Source: Methylophilaceae bacterium (GTDB lineage Bacteria > Pseudomonadota > Gammaproteobacteria > Burkholderiales > Methylophilaceae). From it: a stretch of 64,000 nt of DNA. The notes under the pieces are model-generated. The model worked only from the letters and a program-made list of their open reading frames with translations. It searched no databases and had not been told where the DNA came from. Numbering within the stretch: the first letter of the stretch is position 1; each line of letters opens with the position of its first letter. This document shows positions 9,533-20,206 of this stretch, piece after piece. The stretch is from positions 8,991 through 72,990 of the forward strand of contig CANFZA010000001.1 of NCBI GenBank assembly GCA_947451235.1. Direction: 5' to 3'. Position numbers and translations under genes: made by a program.

Positions 9533-10984
9533 CTACATCAGAATAATATCAAAAGACCGTTGGTTGTATTGCGTTTCCACCTGTAAAGAAATTGGCTTAC
9601 CGATAAAGTCAGATAAATTTGCTAGACTTTGCGATTCTTCATCCAGCAGCATATCAATCACTTTAGGCGCGGCCAATACGCGTAATTCTCGTGCGTTAAA
9701 CTGGCGCGCTTCTCTTAATAATTCACGTAGAATTTCATAACATACTGTTTGTGCAGTTTTTTGCTCACCACGACCTTGGCAAGCAGAACAAGGCTCGCAA
9801 AGCACATGCGCCAAGCTCTCACGTGTGCGTTTACGCGTCATTTCAACCAAGCCTAGCGGTGTAAAACCATTGACACCAGTGCGGGATCTATCGCTAGCCA
9901 CGGCTTTTTGTAACTCTTCAAGCACCGTCACGCGCTGAGTATCTTCGTCCATATCAATAAAGTCAATAATGATAATGCCGCCTAAGTTTCTCAGGCGTAA
10001 TTGACGGGCGATAGTCTGTGCGGCTTCTAAATTGGTTTTATAAATCGTGTCAGATAGATTTTTACCGCTGACAAAACTGCCGGTATTCACATCCACTGTA
10101 GTCAGCGCTTCGGTTTGATCAAAAATTAAATAACCGCCAGATTTAAGCTCTACCTTGCGCGACATGGCTTTTTCAATTTCTTGTTCGATATTATATAAAT
10201 CGAACAAAGGCCGCTCGCCTTGATAATGGACTAATTTATCCGCTGCGGTAATGGCATATAACTTTGCAAAATCGACTAATTTTTGAAAAGTTTCACTTGA
10301 GTCTATACGCACGACTTCTGTGTCTGCACACACCACATCGCGCAATACGCGCATTGGTAAACTTAAATCTTGAAAGATCAATGAGCGCTCAGGTACGGTA
10401 GTGCTTTTTGCACGAATATGCGCCCAAGTTTTAGTTAAATAATCAATGTCGGCCAGCAATTCTTCATCGGTCGCAGTTTCAGACATGGTTCTGATGATAT
10501 AACCACCCACACGGTTTTCCGGCAGCAAGCCTATCAAGCGCGCTCTTAATAATTCACGCTCAGACTCTTGCTCTATGCGCTGCGACACGCCAATATGATC
10601 TTGCTGCGGCAAATAAACCAAGAAACGCCCGGCAATACTAATATGCGTAGTCAGCCGCGCGCCTTTAGTGCCAATCGGCTCTTTAATCACTTGCACCATG
10701 AGCGACTGACCTTCATGTAGCACGCTTTGTATCGGCAATTGCGCAAGTGAATCGCCACATTCCAGCACGTCACCAGCATGTAAAAATGCCGCACGCTGCA
10801 AGCCCATTTCCACAAAGGCTGATTGCATACCCGGCAATACACGGCAAACTACACCACGATAGACATTGCCGACTAAGCCCAATGACGAGCTACGCTCAAT
10901 TTGCAACTCTTGCACCACGCCATTTTCCATAATGGCTATACGCGTTTCTTGCGGCGTAACGTTAATTAATATTTCTTCGCTCAC
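9533..10984 (-). CDS. rng: Ribonuclease G (RNase E/G family)
   Basis: 483 aa; N-terminal S1 domain GNVYRGVVCRVLPGMQSAFVEMG; catalytic-core layout; next to maf as in many proteobacteria. Confidence 0.9.
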   Translation of the reverse strand: MSEEILINVTPQETRIAIMENGVVQELQIERSSSLGLVGNVYRGVVCRVLPGMQSAFVEMGLQRAAFLHAGDVLECGDSLAQLPIQSVLHEGQSLMVQVIKEPIGTKGARLTTHISIAGRFLVYLPQQDHIGVSQRIEQESERELLRARLIGLLPENRVGGYIIRTMSETATDEELLADIDYLTKTWAHIRAKSTTVPERSLIFQDLSLPMRVLRDVVCADTEVVRIDSSETFQKLVDFAKLYAITAADKLVHYQGERPLFDLYNIEQEIEKAMSRKVELKSGGYLIFDQTEALTTVDVNTGSFVSGKNLSDTIYKTNLEAAQTIARQLRLRNLGGIIIIDFIDMDEDTQRVTVLEELQKAVASDRSRTGVNGFTPLGLVEMTRKRTRESLAHVLCEPCSACQGRGEQKTAQTVCYEILRELLREARQFNARELRVLAAPKVIDMLLDEESQSLANLSDFIGKPISLQVETQYNQRSFDIILM

Positions 10985-11120
10985 GTTTACTTCTCTTTTA
11001 ACTTAACATTTGAATTCTTTAGTTCTGGTGCTACTTATATATTTTTGCGCTTTATTGAATAGCTTTTTACTATTATTTTTATTTTGTGAAAAAAACACTC
11101 AGTCCAGCCATTAAATATCA

Positions 11121-11726
11121 CTACGCAGTCACAATACCGCGCTTTCTCAATAAAGCCGCCGTTTCATACAAAGGCAAACCCATCACACCAGTATAACTAC
11201 CTGCTATGCGCATAATCCACGCCCCTGCGGCACCTTGTATGCCATAACTACCAGCTTTATCGCGGTGGTCGCCACTTTTAATATAAGCCTCGATTTGCGC
11301 TTCAGACAAAACCATCATTTCCACCACGGTGGTAGATAATACCACTTCAATCTCATTGTTGAAGGCCAATGCAACGGCGGTATGCACTTCATGCACGCGA
11401 CCAGAAAGTGCGCCTAATATCTGCCGTGCATCGTTATCATCTTCCGGCTTCCCAAGTACTTTCCCAGCTAATACCACGGTAGTATCTGCTGCCAAAATTG
11501 GGATCAAACGTTGATCAACGCTTAAGGTTTGCAAGCAAGCTTCAGCTTTTTGGTGCGCCAAACGTGTTACATAATTAATGGCATTTTCGTTAAATATTTG
11601 TGTTTCATCAATGTCAGCCGGTAAGGTTTCGCATATGATGCCAATCTGCTTTAACAACTCCACGCGCCTTGGACTGCGCGAAGCTAGATAAATTACAGGC
11701 ATTGCAGAATTTTTATCATGTGTCAT
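11121..11726 (-). CDS. maf: Maf-like nucleoside triphosphate pyrophosphatase
   Basis: LASRSPRRVELLKQIGI N-terminus, GSYGIQG motif; start may instead be the internal ATG at 11702. Confidence 0.9.
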   Translation of the reverse strand: MTHDKNSAMPVIYLASRSPRRVELLKQIGIICETLPADIDETQIFNENAINYVTRLAHQKAEACLQTLSVDQRLIPILAADTTVVLAGKVLGKPEDDNDARQILGALSGRVHEVHTAVALAFNNEIEVVLSTTVVEMMVLSEAQIEAYIKSGDHRDKAGSYGIQGAAGAWIMRIAGSYTGVMGLPLYETAALLRKRGIVTA

Positions 11727-11935
11727 TTTATTACTCTACTTTTTACACTTTGAAATTTTACACGTTGATTTTTTTGCACTTTAAATTTGCGCTCACATAC
11801 ATTAACTTACTCATGCAGGCACTTTAATTTACTATATTGATATTATCAAAGCTTTAATTAAAAAAATTGATTGAGATTTACTTTTGCTAGGCTAGCTTAC
11901 TAGTGCATAGTCACTATTTTATATAAGGACATTAC

Positions 11936-12571
11936 ATGACCGAATGGGCTGTACTTTTTAAAATCACTATCGCTTTATTTGCCATTGTTAACCCCATAGG
12001 CAGCGTACCTATTTTTATTAGCGCTACCAATGGCTGGAGCAACCAAGACCGCGCCAGAACCGCTAAAACTGTGGCCATCACAGTGTTTACCGTGCTGGCC
12101 GTATCGGCTTTTTTTGGCGACAAAATTCTCAGCTTTTTTGGCATTAGCATTCCCTCTTTTCAGGTCGGTGGCGGGATTTTACTCATGCTTATCGCGATTT
12201 CTATGATGCACGCAAAACAAAGCGGCACGCGGCAAACGCCAGAAGAAGCGCAAACACTGGCCGAGCGCGAAGCCATTGCTATTGTGCCACTAAGTATTCC
12301 ACTATTAGCTGGCCCCGGCGCTATCAGCAATATGATTATTGCCGCGCAACAAAATAGTAGCTTTACCGGGCATTTGTCCTTGGTAGTGCCTATTTTTATT
12401 ATAGCGGTCATTATTTGGCTGGTGCTCAGATTAAGCGCCAGCATTTCTAGTAAGTTAGGCAGCATAGGCATCAATATTGTGACGCGTTTGATGGGCTTAA
12501 TTCTAGCCGCAATGGCGGTTGAGTTTGTAGCGCACGGCTTGATAGGCTTGTTTCCTAAATTATTAGGCTAG
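11936..12571 (+). CDS. MarC-family (UPF0056) integral membrane protein
   Basis: About 6 TM segments, NPIGSVPIF signature near N-terminus. Confidence 0.8.
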   Translation: MTEWAVLFKITIALFAIVNPIGSVPIFISATNGWSNQDRARTAKTVAITVFTVLAVSAFFGDKILSFFGISIPSFQVGGGILLMLIAISMMHAKQSGTRQTPEEAQTLAEREAIAIVPLSIPLLAGPGAISNMIIAAQQNSSFTGHLSLVVPIFIIAVIIWLVLRLSASISSKLGSIGINIVTRLMGLILAAMAVEFVAHGLIGLFPKLLG

Positions 12572-12631
12572 ATTGAGTTAAAATACATAGCAATAGATAG
12601 ATTATTAATCAGCAAATTAAAGACAAAAAAA

Positions 12632-13075
12632 ATGCAATGGAAGCCACATGCCACCGTCGCGGCAATCGTAGAAGATAACGGAAAATTCTTATTGGTTGAA
12701 GAAACCACAGATCGCGGCAATCGCTTTAATCAGCCAGCCGGTCATTTAGAAGACAATGAATCGTTAATTGAAGCGGTAATACGCGAAACCTTGGAAGAAA
12801 CTGCGTACACCTTTAAGCCAGCATCTTTACTGGGCGTTTACCATTGGAAACACGAACATAACGACACCACTTATTTGCGTTTTGCCTACATTGGCAGCGT
12901 AAGTAATCATCAAGAAAATTTAGCGCTTGATGAAGGCATTATTCGTGCGGTGTGGATGACGATAGATGAAATTCGTAGCCAAGCGCACCTCATGCGCAGC
13001 CCGCAAGTGCTTACTTGCATTGAAGATTATTTAAGTGGGCAACAATTTCCGCTATCTGTCATCACACATTTGTAA
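12632..13075 (+). CDS. NUDIX hydrolase
   Basis: Nudix box [22 protein letters not shown]; 147 aa; directly upstream of mnmA. Confidence 0.85.
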   Translation: MQWKPHATVAAIVEDNGKFLLVEETTDRGNRFNQPAGHLEDNESLIEAVIRETLEETAYTFKPASLLGVYHWKHEHNDTTYLRFAYIGSVSNHQENLALDEGIIRAVWMTIDEIRSQAHLMRSPQVLTCIEDYLSGQQFPLSVITHL

Positions 13076-13086
13076 AAGTTAAAAGT

Positions 13087-14196
13087 ATGAACCTGAACAC
13101 ATTAAAAAAGAAAAAAGTAGTCGTTGGCTTATCTGGCGGCGTAGATTCGTCTGTGACGGCCTTATTGCTTAAACAGCAAGGCTATGAAGTCACCGGTCTT
13201 TTCATGAAAAACTGGGAAGATGACGACACCGATGAATACTGCTCAAGCAAGCAAGATTTGATTGATGCGGTTTCAGTGGCAGATAAAATTGGCATTGATA
13301 TTGAAGCAGTAAACTTTAGCGCTGAATATAAAGATCGTGTATTTGATAATTTTTTAAGTGAATACAAATCTGGTCGCACGCCTAATCCAGACATTCTATG
13401 TAACGCTGAAATTAAATTTAAAGCTTTTTTAGACCACGCCATGAGCTTGGGCGCGGATGTAATTGCCACTGGCCATTACGCGCAAGTGCGTGAAAACCCA
13501 CTTAAACCCGGCTTATTTCAGTTAATGAAAGCCGATGATGGTAGCAAAGATCAAAGCTACTTTTTGTACCGCTTAAATCAGGCTCAACTGTCTAAAACCT
13601 TATTCCCCTTAGGCCAAATGCTCAAGCGTGAAGTGCGTGAAATTGCGCGTAAAGCCGGTTTAATCAATGCCGATAAAAAAGATTCTACCGGCATTTGCTT
13701 TATTGGCGAGCGGCCTTTTCAGGAGTTTTTAAGCAAATATTTACCACGCGAACCTGGTGACATTAAAACACCGGATGGCAAAATCGTAGGCCGTCACGAA
13801 GGATTGATGTATTACACTTTAGGTCAGCGCCAAGGTTTAAAAATTGGTGGTAGTCGTGATAGCAATGGCGAACCTTGGTTTGTCGCAGCTAAAGATATGG
13901 CTGCAAATGTACTGATTGTGGTGCAAGGCCATGAACATCCCTTGTTGCTAAGTGATGGTTTAGTGGCAAGCCAACTTACTTGGATAGACAATGAAGCGCC
14001 CATGACCAACTGGGTTTACGCGGCTAAAACCCGCTATCGCCAGCCTGATGCGCCTTGTGAAATTGACCGTTTAACCGCAGAAGAAGTTGAGATTAAATTC
14101 GGCCAAAAACAATGGGCGGTAACGCCAGGGCAATCCGCTGTGGTTTATGAAAGCAATGTTTGCCTAGGTGGCGGCATTATTACTGCGGCTATTTAA
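13087..14196 (+). CDS. mnmA: tRNA 2-thiouridine(34) synthase MnmA
   Basis: PP-loop [13 protein letters not shown], catalytic Cys regions ([18 protein letters not shown]). Confidence 0.95.
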   Translation: MNLNTLKKKKVVVGLSGGVDSSVTALLLKQQGYEVTGLFMKNWEDDDTDEYCSSKQDLIDAVSVADKIGIDIEAVNFSAEYKDRVFDNFLSEYKSGRTPNPDILCNAEIKFKAFLDHAMSLGADVIATGHYAQVRENPLKPGLFQLMKADDGSKDQSYFLYRLNQAQLSKTLFPLGQMLKREVREIARKAGLINADKKDSTGICFIGERPFQEFLSKYLPREPGDIKTPDGKIVGRHEGLMYYTLGQRQGLKIGGSRDSNGEPWFVAAKDMAANVLIVVQGHEHPLLLSDGLVASQLTWIDNEAPMTNWVYAAKTRYRQPDAPCEIDRLTAEEVEIKFGQKQWAVTPGQSAVVYESNVCLGGGIITAAI

Positions 14197-14454
14197 ATTA
14201 AGTTTTAAATCGGATTTTTCACGCCGTTTCAGCGAGGCAGATTTAATTGCACGACTAATCGATAGAGATGTGATTCGATTTACCGACTTTCCACACGCGG
14301 CACAAAAACGCCTAAACGACAGGCAATCGATGCGTAAGAAAACGTAACGCTTAAAACTGGTGGATGAGAGCCCTGACGTTGATTCACAAAGTCATTATTG
14401 ACCAAGCCATCATTTACTAAATCATTACTGTGAGTAATGATCTAGTAAAAATCG

Positions 14455-15084
14455 TTATGCAACCGGCAAACTGTCGATAAATGACTGGCGCTTCAGCAAG
14501 GCTGTTTGCAACGCGGCTAAATTTGGATAATCATGCACCAAATTAACCACCGCGCCAAATCTTAGGTTCACATAACCTAACATACAACCCACGGCAATAT
14601 CAGCCAAACTAAAAGCGCCATTCACGCACCATTTAGACTTACCCGTCTCGATATTTTTCGCTAAATCATCATTCAGCACTTGTAAACCACGGCTAACCTT
14701 GCCCATGTGACGCGCGATAAAGCTCGCATCTTGCATAGATTCGGCCTTACGCTGTTCTAACATAACCGCCACAGCTGCGTCGCAAACACCGTCCGCCAAG
14801 GCCTCCCAACGGCGCACTTTAATTTTGGCGCTAGAGTCAAGTGGCAACAAATGCGCCAGCGGTGTGCGGTTATCTAAATATTCCACAATTACGCGTGAAT
14901 CATACAAGCTATCGCCATCGTCTAAAATTAACACTGGTACTTTTCCCAAAGGGTTATACAGCTTGACTGGGCAATCAGGCGCGGCTAACACCACTTCCTC
15001 AAGTGTAATTTCAATGTGTTTTTCAGCTGCAACTATGCGTACTTTACGGGCGTAAGGGCTATTAATGGTATATAAAAGTTTCAT
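14455..15084 (-). CDS. Glutathione S-transferase family protein
   Basis: Thioredoxin-like N-domain: SPYARKVR, GKVPVL, DSRVIVEYL; 209 aa. Confidence 0.8.
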   Translation of the reverse strand: MKLLYTINSPYARKVRIVAAEKHIEITLEEVVLAAPDCPVKLYNPLGKVPVLILDDGDSLYDSRVIVEYLDNRTPLAHLLPLDSSAKIKVRRWEALADGVCDAAVAVMLEQRKAESMQDASFIARHMGKVSRGLQVLNDDLAKNIETGKSKWCVNGAFSLADIAVGCMLGYVNLRFGAVVNLVHDYPNLAALQTALLKRQSFIDSLPVA

Positions 15085-15270
15085 AATTAGGTCGTGCTCA
15101 AGTCCAAAATATTATAGGTACGTACACGAGATTATTCAGGCAAAATGTTACTCAATAAAAACATTATATTCAAGCTATGCCGTTCAAATGATGGCATTCA
15201 AGCTAAAAACATCGTAATTTTTACTGATTATTAATGATACCTAGCATTATAATTCATTCACTATCCAACG

Positions 15271-16185
15271 TTGACTGCTATGACATTATTTAACAAGATC
15301 GACCTCTACGCATCTAGCGAGTTTAACCAACTGATTAGCCATCAGGTACAAACCGCATTAGATGAAGATATTGGCACTGGCGACTTAACAGCGCAACTTG
15401 TGCCGGCAACGCAAATGGTTAACGCAACCATTATCGTGCGTGAATCTGCCATTATTTGCGGCATCGCTTGGGTCAACGCTTGCTTCAAAAAGGTTGATAC
15501 CAATGTCGAAATTATTTGGCACGTGGTTGAAGGCGAGCATGTATCGGCAAATCAACTATTATGTGAAATCAATGGCTCAGCACGTTCACTACTTACTGGC
15601 GAACGCTGCGCACTGAATTTTTTACAAACGCTATCGGCTACCGCCACTGAAACTGGCAAATATGTTGCGGCGATTGCCGGTACGCAGGCGCAAATTTTAG
15701 ATACGCGTAAAACCATTCCAAATTTACGCTTAGCGCAAAAGTATGCGGTCACCGTGGGTGGCGGGCATAATCAACGACTGGCCTTGTATGATGGCATTTT
15801 GATTAAAGAAAATCATATCGCCGCCGCCGGCAGCATTGCGGCGGTAATGGCGAAAGCATTTGCGCTTAACGCTGAATTGGGCGCGAATACGAGCGCGGCC
15901 ACGAGCATACAAATTGAAGTTGAAAATTTAAGCCAGTTACAAGAAGCTTTAATCGCAGGCGCCAGCAGCATTTTGTTGGATAACTTTAGTCTTGCCCTAT
16001 TGAGCGAAGCGGTAACACTTAATAAAAAATCTGAAAAACCTGCCATATTAGAAGCCTCAGGTGGCATCACCATAGACAACGTGCGAACCATCGCGCTCAC
16101 AGGCGTAGATAGAATTTCAATTGGCGCCATCACCAAAAACGTGCAAGCTGTTGATTTTTCTATGCGAATTAACGGTGCGAATTAA
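15271..16185 (+). CDS. nadC: Nicotinate-nucleotide pyrophosphorylase (quinolinate phosphoribosyltransferase)
   Basis: ALNFLQTLS, LDTRKTIPNLR, YAVTVGGGHNQR, LIKENH motifs; ORF opens at TTG 15271, first ATG at 15280. Confidence 0.92.
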   Translation: MTAMTLFNKIDLYASSEFNQLISHQVQTALDEDIGTGDLTAQLVPATQMVNATIIVRESAIICGIAWVNACFKKVDTNVEIIWHVVEGEHVSANQLLCEINGSARSLLTGERCALNFLQTLSATATETGKYVAAIAGTQAQILDTRKTIPNLRLAQKYAVTVGGGHNQRLALYDGILIKENHIAAAGSIAAVMAKAFALNAELGANTSAATSIQIEVENLSQLQEALIAGASSILLDNFSLALLSEAVTLNKKSEKPAILEASGGITIDNVRTIALTGVDRISIGAITKNVQAVDFSMRINGAN

Positions 16186-16259
16186 CACTAAAATTAACAG
16201 TGACAATTAGTGCGTGTTAAACTATTTCAAGGCAATAAGAAAAACAAAGGCATACGCTT

Positions 16260-18044
16260 ATGAGTAAACCAGCAACGTTAAGCAACCCAACAGGCCGCCT
16301 CACATTAGGCGACGTGTTACGTATGTTGGTGAACGATGGCATGCTGGATAAAACCCAAGCGGAAAAACTTTATAACGACCGTAAGCTCGATAGCTCTAAT
16401 CTGCACCCGTTAGTGGTGATTGGCGAGCAAAAATGGAAGAGCCTAAAACCGCCCTTCAAAACAATTACCGTAGAAGGCCTATCTACTTGGCTGGCAGAGC
16501 AAGCTGGTCTAGATTATCACCACATAGACCCACTTAAATTAGACTTTGGTTCTGCCGCAAAACTTGTTTCTCAAGCTTATGCAGAACGGTTAAAAATCAT
16601 GCCGATTTCAGCTAAAAATGGCGAGGCGATCATCGCCACTACCGAGCCATTTAGCACTGACTGGATTGCTGATCTTGAGCGCGTGCTCAATATGAAAATC
16701 AAGCTAGTAATGGCAAACCCTTTAGAACTCAGCCGTTATTTACCTGAAATCTACAGTTTAGCCGACTCTATGAATGCTGCCGATTTAGCTAAAGCTGGGC
16801 AAATTGTTGGCGTACAAAATTTTGAGCAATTAATCGAGTTAGGTAAAGACAAAAACCTAGATGCCAACGAGCAGCATGTCGTCAATATTGTAGATTGGTT
16901 GTTCAAGTATGCGTTTGAACAGCGCGCTAGTGACATTCACTTAGAGCCGCGCCGCAATATGGGCATGATGCGCTTTAGAATCGACGGCGTGTTACATCTG
17001 GTGTATCAACTGCCGCCCAATATTATGAATGCCATTACTAGCCGCATTAAGCTGTTAGGCCGTATGGATATGGTAGAAAAACGCCGCCCACAAGATGGCC
17101 GCATCAAAACCTTGTCCGCCGAAGGACAAGAAATTGAGTTGCGTTTATCGACCATGCCGACCGCTTTTGGTGAAAAAATGGTCATGCGTATTTTTGCGCC
17201 TGACGTTTCAGCCAAAGACTTTCTAGCGCTAGGATTCTCCAAAGCACAAGCAGACACTTGGAACACTTGGACCAAAGCACCGAATGGCATTATTTTAGTG
17301 ACAGGCCCAACAGGCTCAGGCAAAACCACTACTTTATACGCCACTTTACGCACGCTCGCCACGCCAGAAGTGAACGTTTGCACGGTAGAAGAACCGATAG
17401 AAATGGTAGAGCCGCTATTTAATCAAATGCAAGTGCAAACCAATATTGGGCTTAATTTTGCCGATTGCATACGCACATTAATGCGGCAAGATCCTGACAT
17501 TATCATGGTGGGCGAAATTCGCGATTTAGAAACTGCCGACATGGCGATTCAAGCCGCGCTGACTGGGCATTTAGTGTTATCTACACTGCACACTAACGAT
17601 GCGCCCTCAGCCGTAACGCGCTTATTAGATTTAGGCGTGCCATCCTACCTGATTCATTCCACTGTATTAGGCATCATGGCACAGCGATTAGTGCGTACGT
17701 TATGCACCAGTTGCAAAGCGCCAACATCTATCGCACAAAGCACTTGGGATGAATTGGTCGGTGCCTTTAAATTGCCAAAACCTGAGTATATTTACAAACC
17801 GGTGGGCTGCCTAGAATGCCGCAATACTGGCTTTAGAGGCCGCAGTGGTGTTTATGAAATGCTGACCATGACACCGGCCTTAAGGAAATTAATCACACCA
17901 GAAACAGATTTAGCGAAGCTCACAGAATTAGCCAGACAACAAGGCATGCAACCGTTAATTATTAATGGCGCAGAAAAAGTTGCCGCGGGGCTCACAACCA
18001 TTGAGGAATTATTGAAAGTCGTACCGCCATTACAGACGGATTAG
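16260..18044 (+). CDS. Orphan GspE/PilB-family secretion ATPase (594 aa)
   Basis: T2SSE_N-like N-domain, Walker A GPTGSGKTTT, Asp box DPDIIMVGEIRDLETA, His box TGHLVLSTLHTNDA, tetra-Cys CTSC...CLEC; no GspF/pilin partner adjacent. Confidence 0.85.
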   Translation: MSKPATLSNPTGRLTLGDVLRMLVNDGMLDKTQAEKLYNDRKLDSSNLHPLVVIGEQKWKSLKPPFKTITVEGLSTWLAEQAGLDYHHIDPLKLDFGSAAKLVSQAYAERLKIMPISAKNGEAIIATTEPFSTDWIADLERVLNMKIKLVMANPLELSRYLPEIYSLADSMNAADLAKAGQIVGVQNFEQLIELGKDKNLDANEQHVVNIVDWLFKYAFEQRASDIHLEPRRNMGMMRFRIDGVLHLVYQLPPNIMNAITSRIKLLGRMDMVEKRRPQDGRIKTLSAEGQEIELRLSTMPTAFGEKMVMRIFAPDVSAKDFLALGFSKAQADTWNTWTKAPNGIILVTGPTGSGKTTTLYATLRTLATPEVNVCTVEEPIEMVEPLFNQMQVQTNIGLNFADCIRTLMRQDPDIIMVGEIRDLETADMAIQAALTGHLVLSTLHTNDAPSAVTRLLDLGVPSYLIHSTVLGIMAQRLVRTLCTSCKAPTSIAQSTWDELVGAFKLPKPEYIYKPVGCLECRNTGFRGRSGVYEMLTMTPALRKLITPETDLAKLTELARQQGMQPLIINGAEKVAAGLTTIEELLKVVPPLQTD

Positions 18045-18051
18045 CTGCTTT

Positions 18052-18111
18052 TGTAGGAGCGGCGCTTCGTCGCGATTGCACCATTGCTTCGCGACGAAGC
18101 GTCGCTCCTAC
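18052..18111. repeat. REP family 1 inverted doublet (GTAGGAGCG...CGCGA arms)
   Basis: gtaggagcggcgcttcgtcgcga / 13-nt loop / tcgcgacgaagcgtcgctcctac; 23-bp arms with 1 mismatch. Confidence 0.85.
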
Positions 18112-18466
18112 CAAGTCATGATGATTTTTTTGATGTTTTTGTTAAAATTAAGCGATTCCACTTACTTCCCAACGCTTCCCCGCATAAAACTTTACAAGCT
18201 CACGTTTCACCTGCTCAGTTAGGCTATAAAGCGCGACATCTTGAATCTTTCCAAAACCACATTGTCATTAAACTATCATCCTTGACCAAATACGCTCAAA
18301 CCGTTATGGTGTAGGGTTGGTATATAAGCACTGAAAAACCCACTAAATCTAATAAAAACAAGCGTTAATTTAGTGGAAACACGCAAAATATGGCTAATTA
18401 AACGACCAGTCCTATTAAAAAGCTTAAAAATTTAAAGTAAAAAAAACCTAAAGTAAAAAAACTAGC

Positions 18467-20206
18467 ATGGACCCAAGCATGGAACAAAGTTCTAAACAAT
18501 ATACTGGCGCAGAAATTCTAATTCGTTGCCTGCATGAAGAAAACGTTGAATTTGTATTTGGCTACCCTGGCGGTGCCGTACTCAATATTTATGATGCCAT
18601 TTTCCATCAAGATAAATTCAAGCACATTTTAGTGCGCCACGAACAAGCTGCGCTTCACGCCGCTGATGCTTATTCTCGCTCTACTGGCAAAGTAGGCGTA
18701 GCGCTAGTGACTTCAGGCCCAGGCGCAACCAATGCTATTACCGGTATTGCTACGGCCTATATGGATTCAATCCCTATGGTCATTATCAGTGGACAAGTAC
18801 CAACATACGCCATTGGTGAAGATGCCTTTCAAGAATGCGACACGGTTGGCATTACCCGCCCATGTGTAAAACATAACTTTTTAGTTAAAGATGTTAAAGA
18901 CATAGCCGCGACCATGAAAAAAGCATTTTATGTGGCCAATAGCGGTCGTCCAGGTCCTGTATTAGTGGATATCCCTAAAGATATTACTGCGCATTTACAT
19001 GCATTTGAATATCCTGAAACAGTACAACTACGGTCTTACAACCCAGTGACTAAAGGCCATTTAGGCCAAATCAAAAAGGCACTTAAATTACTCGCTGAAG
19101 CGAAACGCCCTATGGTGTATTCAGGCGGCGGCGTAGTATTAGGCGATGCTTCTGAATATTTAATCAAATTAGTACAATCACTTAATGTGCCTATCACCAG
19201 CACGTTAATGGGCTTGGGTGGCTTTCCGGCTTCTGATAAAAACTTTTTAGGCATGTTAGGCATGCATGGTACTTACGAGGCTAATATGGCCATGCAAGAG
19301 TGCGATGTTTTGCTAGCGGTTGGCGCACGTTTTGATGACCGCGTGATTGGTAACACCGAGCATTTCTTGTCTAACCCACGTACTATTATCCATATTGATA
19401 TTGATCCATCTTCAATCTCAAAACGCGTAAAAATCGATGTGCCAATTGTCGGCGATGTTAAATCTGTACTTGCAGACATGAACGACCTGATTGCAGCAGA
19501 AAAGCCAGCGCAAAATACCGAAGCACTGGCGGCTTGGTTTAAACAAATTAACGAATGGCGCGGTAAAAAATGTTTAACTTACGTGCAAAGTACTGAGTTT
19601 ATTAAACCACAATACGTGATTCAAAAATTACATGAAGTCACCAAAGGCGATGCGTTTGTTACCTCTGACGTTGGCCAGCATCAAATGTGGGCTGCGCAAT
19701 ATTACCCGTTTGATAAACCGCGTCGCTGGATTAACTCTGGCGGCCTAGGCACGATGGGCGTTGGTTTGCCTTATGCTATGGGCGTACAGTTTGCCCACCC
19801 TGAGGCGCAAGTCGCTTGCGTGACGGGCGAAGGTAGTATTCAGATGAATATTCAAGAGCTTTCTACCTGCTTGCAATACAATCTGCCGATTAAAGTGATT
19901 TTGCTGAACAATCGCTACCTTGGTATGGTGCGTCAATGGCAAGAGTTTTTCTATGAGAACCGCTACGCTGAGTCTTACATGGAAAGCTTGCCTGATTTTG
20001 TTAAACTAGCCGAAGCTTATGGCCACGTTGGTATGCGCATTGAAAACCCTAGCGATGTTGAAGGCGCACTTGCTGAAGCATTTAGCCCAAAACTTAAAGA
20101 TAGGTTTGTGTTTATGAACTTTTTAACCGACCAAAAAGAAAATGTATTCCCAATGATTCCGGGTGGTAAGGGCTTGTCTGAAATGATTTTGGCGGAGAAT
20201 CTATAA
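18467..20206 (+). CDS. ilvI: Acetolactate synthase (AHAS) large subunit
   Basis: 579 aa; ThDP motif GGLGTMGVGLPYAMG...GEGSIQMNIQEL; followed by small subunit and ilvC. Confidence 0.93.
   Translation: MDPSMEQSSKQYTGAEILIRCLHEENVEFVFGYPGGAVLNIYDAIFHQDKFKHILVRHEQAALHAADAYSRSTGKVGVALVTSGPGATNAITGIATAYMDSIPMVIISGQVPTYAIGEDAFQECDTVGITRPCVKHNFLVKDVKDIAATMKKAFYVANSGRPGPVLVDIPKDITAHLHAFEYPETVQLRSYNPVTKGHLGQIKKALKLLAEAKRPMVYSGGGVVLGDASEYLIKLVQSLNVPITSTLMGLGGFPASDKNFLGMLGMHGTYEANMAMQECDVLLAVGARFDDRVIGNTEHFLSNPRTIIHIDIDPSSISKRVKIDVPIVGDVKSVLADMNDLIAAEKPAQNTEALAAWFKQINEWRGKKCLTYVQSTEFIKPQYVIQKLHEVTKGDAFVTSDVGQHQMWAAQYYPFDKPRRWINSGGLGTMGVGLPYAMGVQFAHPEAQVACVTGEGSIQMNIQELSTCLQYNLPIKVILLNNRYLGMVRQWQEFFYENRYAESYMESLPDFVKLAEAYGHVGMRIENPSDVEGALAEAFSPKLKDRFVFMNFLTDQKENVFPMIPGGKGLSEMILAENL

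Noticed and set aside
14195-14346. About 50-codon open frame (…RFSEADLIARLIDRDVIRFTDFPHAAQKRL…) in the 258-bp gap between mnmA and the GST gene, possibly a gene remnant
   Set aside because: It has no start codon or RBS and no motif I recognise. Its length is within chance expectation. It could only be settled by a translated search.
16260-16400. Possible c-di-GMP-binding MshEN motif (RLGxxLLxxGLI…) at the N-terminus of the orphan ATPase (GRLTLGDVLRMLVNDGML)
   Set aside because: The spacing of conserved Leu and Gly residues does not fit the published motif when aligned by eye.
18084-18314. 76-aa plus-strand ORF between the orphan ATPase and ilvI, and a possible ilv leader peptide (MMIFLMFLLKL… at 18118)
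   Set aside because: There is no run of Val/Ile/Leu codons followed by alternative terminator and antiterminator hairpins that I could trace. The ORF starts inside the REP element.
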